The notes under the pieces are model-generated. The model made no database searches, was not told where the DNA came from, and saw nothing but the letters and a program-made list of their open reading frames with translations. Below, one piece after another: positions 60,032-64,000 of a stretch of 64,000 nt of DNA. The translations under genes were made by a program, and so were the position numbers. The DNA comes from an uncultured Chloroflexia bacterium. Its GTDB lineage: Bacteria > Chloroflexota > Limnocylindria > Limnocylindrales > CSP1-4. Within the stretch, counting starts at the first letter, position 1; each line of letters begins with the position of its first letter. Location: the NCBI GenBank assembly GCA_963720755.1, contig CAVRGP010000002.1:224001-288000 (forward strand). Reading direction: 5' to 3'.

Positions 60032-61301
60032 TCAGCCCAGCAGGTCCGTCAGCGGCACCTCCGGGTCGGCCAGCGCGGCCAGGTCCACGGTGTGCGCCCG
60101 CCAGCCCCGCCTTGACCAGGGCGCCGATGGTCTCCGTCACGTCCCAGACGTTGGCGTTCATCCCCGCCAGCACCGCACCGTCCCGGACCCAGAACGCCAG
60201 GAATTCCGGCGCGGCCACATCCGGTGCCGGACCGACCGTCGGATCGCCGCGGAACACCACCTGGTCGTAGCCGCCCGGCGTCACCCAGCCGGTGTACTCC
60301 ATGCCCAGGTCGTACTGGTCGGAGAAGAAGTAGGGAACCGGTGCGTACGGCGTCGGTCGCGCCCAGCATCGACCGGGCCGCCGCCGGGCCGCCGTTCAGC
60401 GCGTTGGCCCAGTGCTCCACCCGGAGCCGCCGGCCCAGCTGCGGGTTGAACGAGGACGCGACATCGCCGCAGGCGTAGACATCCGGGTCGGACGTCCGCA
60501 GGAGCTCGTCGGTGACGACGCCGTTGTCGACCTCCAGGCCGGCCGCCACCGCCAGCTCGACGGCGGGCTCGATACCGATGCCGACCACCACGATGTCGGC
60601 GGCAACCTCCCAGCCGTCGTCCAGCAGGACACCACTGACCGCACCGTCGGTCCGGCCGAGGATCTGGGTGACACCGGCCCCGAACCGGAAATCGACACCG
60701 CGGGCGGCATGCAGATCCCGGTAGACGCCGGCGACCTCGTCGCCCAGCACCCGGCGCAGCGGCAGCGTGTCCTGCTCGACGACGGTGACCGCGCAGCCGT
60801 GCTGGCGGGCGGCGGCAGCGGTCTCCAGGCCGATCCAGCCGGCGCCGATCACCACCACGTGCTGGTGCTGCTGGAAGGCCGCGAGCAGTTCGTCCGACTG
60901 ATCCAGGGTCCGCAGGTACCGCACGCCGGCGAGTTCGGAGCCCGGAGCGGTGAGCCGGCGCACCCGGGAGCCGGTGGCGAGCAGCAGCTTGTCGTAGTGA
61001 ATGGTCTCGGTCGGGTGCAGCTCGACGGTCTTGGCGGCCGTGTCGAGCGCGACCGCGACGCTGCCGGCCCGCCACTCGATGTCGTTCTCCAGGTACCACT
61101 GCGGCTCGTGGACGATACGCCTTCTCGCGCGGCTTCGCTCCCCAGCAGGTAGCCCTTGGACAGCGGCGGTCGCTCGTAGGGCGGCTCGGTTTCCTCGCCG
61201 ATCAGCACAACCCGGCCGGTGAAGCCGTCCGCCCGGAGGGTCTCAGCGGCCTTTGCCCCGGCCAGCGAGGCTCCGACAATCACAAATGTCTCATCACTCA
61301 T
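60032..61301 (-). CDS. NAD(P)/FAD-dependent ferredoxin reductase-like oxidoreductase (frameshifted)
   Basis: VGASLAG, PYERPPLSKGYL, IGAGWIGLE, RVEHW.NA, YFFSDQYDLGMEY. Confidence 0.88.
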
Positions 61302-61570
61302 GCCGCCCAATGTCCTCCCCTTTTCGGTGGTCTCGCGACCACGGCCCGCAGGTGGCCGACCGTCCGGGCACCGCATCGGTGCCCGGGCGATGCTCGACCG
61401 GTGACCGCGGTCGATCTCCGTTCCGGGCACAAAGAGTCTGTATCAGTCGCTGCCGACAGAGGCCGATCCGGTCACGGCCGGAGCTTCCGCCGGGGGCTGT
61501 CGGCGTTCGGTGGGGACTGTCGTGGTGGTCGGTTACCGTGACCGGACCAAACCCATCAGGAGGTGCAGCG

Positions 61571-62439
61571 GTGTCGGACATCGCGAACGGCAGTCGACCG
61601 CGTGGGCGGCACCGGCCGTCGCGTCGCGGGCCGCGCTGGGCGGCGGCCGACACCGAGCCGGTGATCTGCTGCGTCTGCGGCGTTGCCGGGCGGTGCGCTG
61701 TACTCCGTGCCGCCGTTCGGGGTCGTCCGGTGTCCGGTGTGCACGCTGGTGTTCGTGTCTCCGCGGTTGACCTCCGCGGCGCTGCAACGCTTCTACGACG
61801 AGCCCGCCTACTTCGAGGGCGGCGTCTACGGGCAGGGTTCGGCCAGCTGTCGCCCGCGATGGTGCTGCAGCGGACCTGGACCGGCGGCCGGCTCGCGGTG
61901 ATCGCCCGGCTGCAGCCCGCGCCGGGCCGGCTGCTGGAGATCGGCAGCGGCTACGGGTACTTCCTGGCGGCCGCCAGCGCCGCCGGGGATTCGACGTCAG
62001 CGGGGTCGAGCTGTCCCGCACCGGGTCCGAGCACGCCCGCCGCGAGCTCGGCGCTCGAGGTCTTCAGCGGTCAACTCGCCGACGCGCCTGCGGAGCTGGC
62101 GCGACGTCGTCTGTTTCTGGGACACCCTGGAGCACGTGCCCGATCCGCTGGAGTTCCTCCGGCAGGTGCGCGCCCGGTTGGCGCCGGGCGGGGTGTTCGC
62201 CCTTTCGGTGCCGTCGTTCGCGTCGGTGCCGGCGCGGCTGCTGCGGGACCAGATGGTGGACGCTCAAACCCGAGCAGCACATCTGGCACTTCACCCCGGC
62301 GACTCTGCAGCTGGTGGCCGCCCGGGCCGGTCTGGTGATCACCTCGGTGATCACCTCCCCGCTGAGCCGGGCCAACGCCGGCCGCACCGACTCGCTGGTC
62401 GCGCGTCGGCCGGGCGCATCCCCGAGCAGGACGCGGTGA
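61571..62439 (+). CDS. Class I SAM-dependent methyltransferase with N-terminal Zn-finger (frameshifted)
   Basis: AGGAGG RBS; CCVC, VVRCPVCTLVFVSPR, LLEIGSGYG.FL, WDTLEHVPDP, PEQHIWHF. Confidence 0.78.
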
Positions 62440-63644
62440 TGCGCGAAGCAGGCGGCAGTGTTCGACGACGTCATCGGGCAGGGCGCGGCCATCGAGGTGC
62501 TGACGGCCGCGGTCGCGGCGTCCCGCGGCGAGGCCGGCGTTCCGACCGCCGCGATGACCCACGCCTGGCTGTTCACCGGGCCGCCGGGATCGGGTCGGTC
62601 GGTGGCTGCCCGCGCGTTCGCCGCCGCTCTGGAATGCGAGTACGGCGGCTGCGGGCAGTGCTCGCACTGCCGGACGGTGCTGGCCGCGACCCACGCCGAC
62701 GTCCGGACGGTCACGCCCGAGGGCCTGACGATCTCGGTGAAGGAGATGCGGGCGGTGGTGCAGCTCGCGGCCCGGCGGCCGGCGACCGGCCGGTTCCAGA
62801 TCGTCCTGATCGAGGACGCCGACCGGCTGACCGAGGGCGCGTCGAACGCGCTGCTCAAGGCCGTCGAGGAGCCACCGCCGCACACCGTGTTCCTGCTCTG
62901 CGCGCCGTCCACCCACCCCGACGACGTGTCGGTGACCATCCGGTCCCGGTGCCGGGTCATCTCGCTGCGCACCCCGTCGGCCGACTCGATCGCCGAGGTG
63001 CTGGTCCGCCGGGACGGCATCGACGAGCAGATGGCGCGCTGGGCGGCGTCGGTGTCGGCCGGTCACGTCGGCCGGGCGCGGCGGCTGGCCCGCGACCCCG
63101 AGGCCCGCGAGCAGCGCCGGCGGATCCTGGCCGTTCCCGGGGCGCTGCGCAGCATCGGGGACGTCTTCGTCGAGGCCGACGAACTGCTGTCCACCGCCGA
63201 GGGCGAGGCGAGATCGCAGTCCGGCAGCCGGGACGCCGTCGAGCTGGAGGAGCTCAAGACGGCGCTCGGCGCAGGCGGCACCGGAAAGGGCGCCGTCGGC
63301 GCGGCCCGCGGGCACCGCCGGCGTGGTCAAGGAAATGGACGCCGGCAGAAGTCCAGGGCCACCCGCACCCAGCGGGACGTGCTGGACCGGGCGCTGGTCG
63401 ACCTGTCCGGCTTCTACCGGGACGTCATCGCCCGGAGCCTCGGCTCGACCGCCCCCCTGATGAACCCCGACGTCGAGTAGCGGACGTCGACGTGGCCGCC
63501 TCCCGGCTCGGGTCGGTGGGGGCGCTGCAACGGCTGGACGCGGTGCTGGCCTGCCGGGAGGCGATCGAGCTGAACGTCAAGCCGCAGATCGCCGTGGAGG
63601 CGATGATGATGGCGCTGTTCGCCGGTCCGGTGAAAGGCTCCTGA
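62439..63644 (+). CDS. holB: DNA polymerase III subunit delta' (frameshifts in the C-terminal part)
   Basis: MTHAWLFTGPPGSGRS, GCG.C.HC, NALLKAVEEPP, TIRSRC, DL..FYRDV, NVKP.IAVEAM. Confidence 0.92.
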   Translation: MREAGGSVRRRHRAGRGHRGADGRGRGVPRRGRRSDRRDDPRLAVHRAAGIGSVGGCPRVRRRSGMRVRRLRAVLALPDGAGRDPRRRPDGHARGPDDLGEGDAGGGAARGPAAGDRPVPDRPDRGRRPADRGRVERAAQGRRGATAAHRVPALRAVHPPRRRVGDHPVPVPGHLAAHPVGRLDRRGAGPPGRHRRADGALGGVGVGRSRRPGAAAGPRPRGPRAAPADPGRSRGAAQHRGRLRRGRRTAVHRRGRGEIAVRQPGRRRAGGAQDGARRRRHRKGRRRRGPRAPPAWSRKWTPAEVQGHPHPAGRAGPGAGRPVRLLPGRHRPEPRLDRPPDEPRRRVADVDVAASRLGSVGALQRLDAVLACREAIELNVKPQIAVEAMMMALFAGPVKGS

Positions 63645-63693
63645 CCCCGACCCACTCTGACGAACCGCTCGGACACGGCACGGACGGCGCCGC

Positions 63694-64000
63694 TCAGGAC
63701 GACGGCCGCACATGGGGCAGTGGCTCGCCCGCGTGCCACACCTCGCGGATGGTGACTGTCACGAACCGCCAGCCGTCCGGCGTTCGGCGCAGTGTGCAGT
63801 CGTACCAGCCGGCGCCGTCGGCGTGCCGGGAGGTGTCCTGGCCCAGCAGGTGCACGCCGAGCAGGTAGGAGCGGGTGCGGGCCAGGTCGCCGTCGATCTC
63901 GATCGCGTGGTTGCTGCTCAAATGCCAGGTGCCGCTGTATTGCCCGAGCGCCCGCGTACTTCCGGTGCGCATCAGTTGTTCGTGCCCCTCCAACCGCAGG
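63694..64000 (-). CDS. SnoaL-like/NTF2 family protein (5' partial)
   Basis: T.H...N..IEIDGD.A..RSY, G.Y...L.RT.DGWRF. Confidence 0.82.
   Translation of the reverse strand, partial: LRLEGHEQLMRTGSTRALGQYSGTWHLSSNHAIEIDGDLARTRSYLLGVHLLGQDTSRHADGAGWYDCTLRRTPDGWRFVTVTIREVWHAGEPLPHVRPSS

Noticed and set aside
1-64000. Long Arg/Pro-rich overlapping and antisense ORFs (e.g. 1276-3000, 7523-9136, 46528-48246, 53824-55074)
   Set aside because: Shadow ORFs expected in high-GC DNA; they overlap well-supported genes and show no motifs
43380-64000. Horizontal transfer of an actinobacterial island
   Set aside because: It contains core genes (topA, holB), has no integrase or att site, and begins exactly at an adapter-like scar

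Overview
GC-rich bacterial sequence that looks like error-prone long-read (nanopore) data and is very probably a chimera of two molecules. They join at about 43,336-43,379, where an AT-rich insert bounded by AGCAATAC...GTATTGCT (the ends of the Oxford Nanopore ligation adapter) cuts a band-7/SPFH gene in half. The left ~43 kb is accessory DNA; its origin may be Chloroflexota, inferred from gene families and not tested. It holds ABC-2 exporters, many TetR/LuxR/AraC regulators, flavin monooxygenases, hydrolases, a small general-stress cluster, a MazF/PemK-type toxin-antitoxin pair and a complete IS481-family element. It also holds an expanded, uncharacterised module of five Zn-independent MDR (quinone-reductase-like) paralogues, three DUF4386-like membrane proteins, duplicated glycine-zipper micro-proteins and shared operators. 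The right ~21 kb is conserved actinomycete core synteny: DUF1998 helicase, hppA, Rv3647c-like gene, topA, MFS-Tmk fusion with degenerate kinase motifs, and holB. Many genes at 34.7-40.8 kb and 57-63.6 kb carry single-base indels that are most likely sequencing errors. No rRNA, tRNA or CRISPR array was recognised. Family assignments come from motif recognition by eye, not from database searches.
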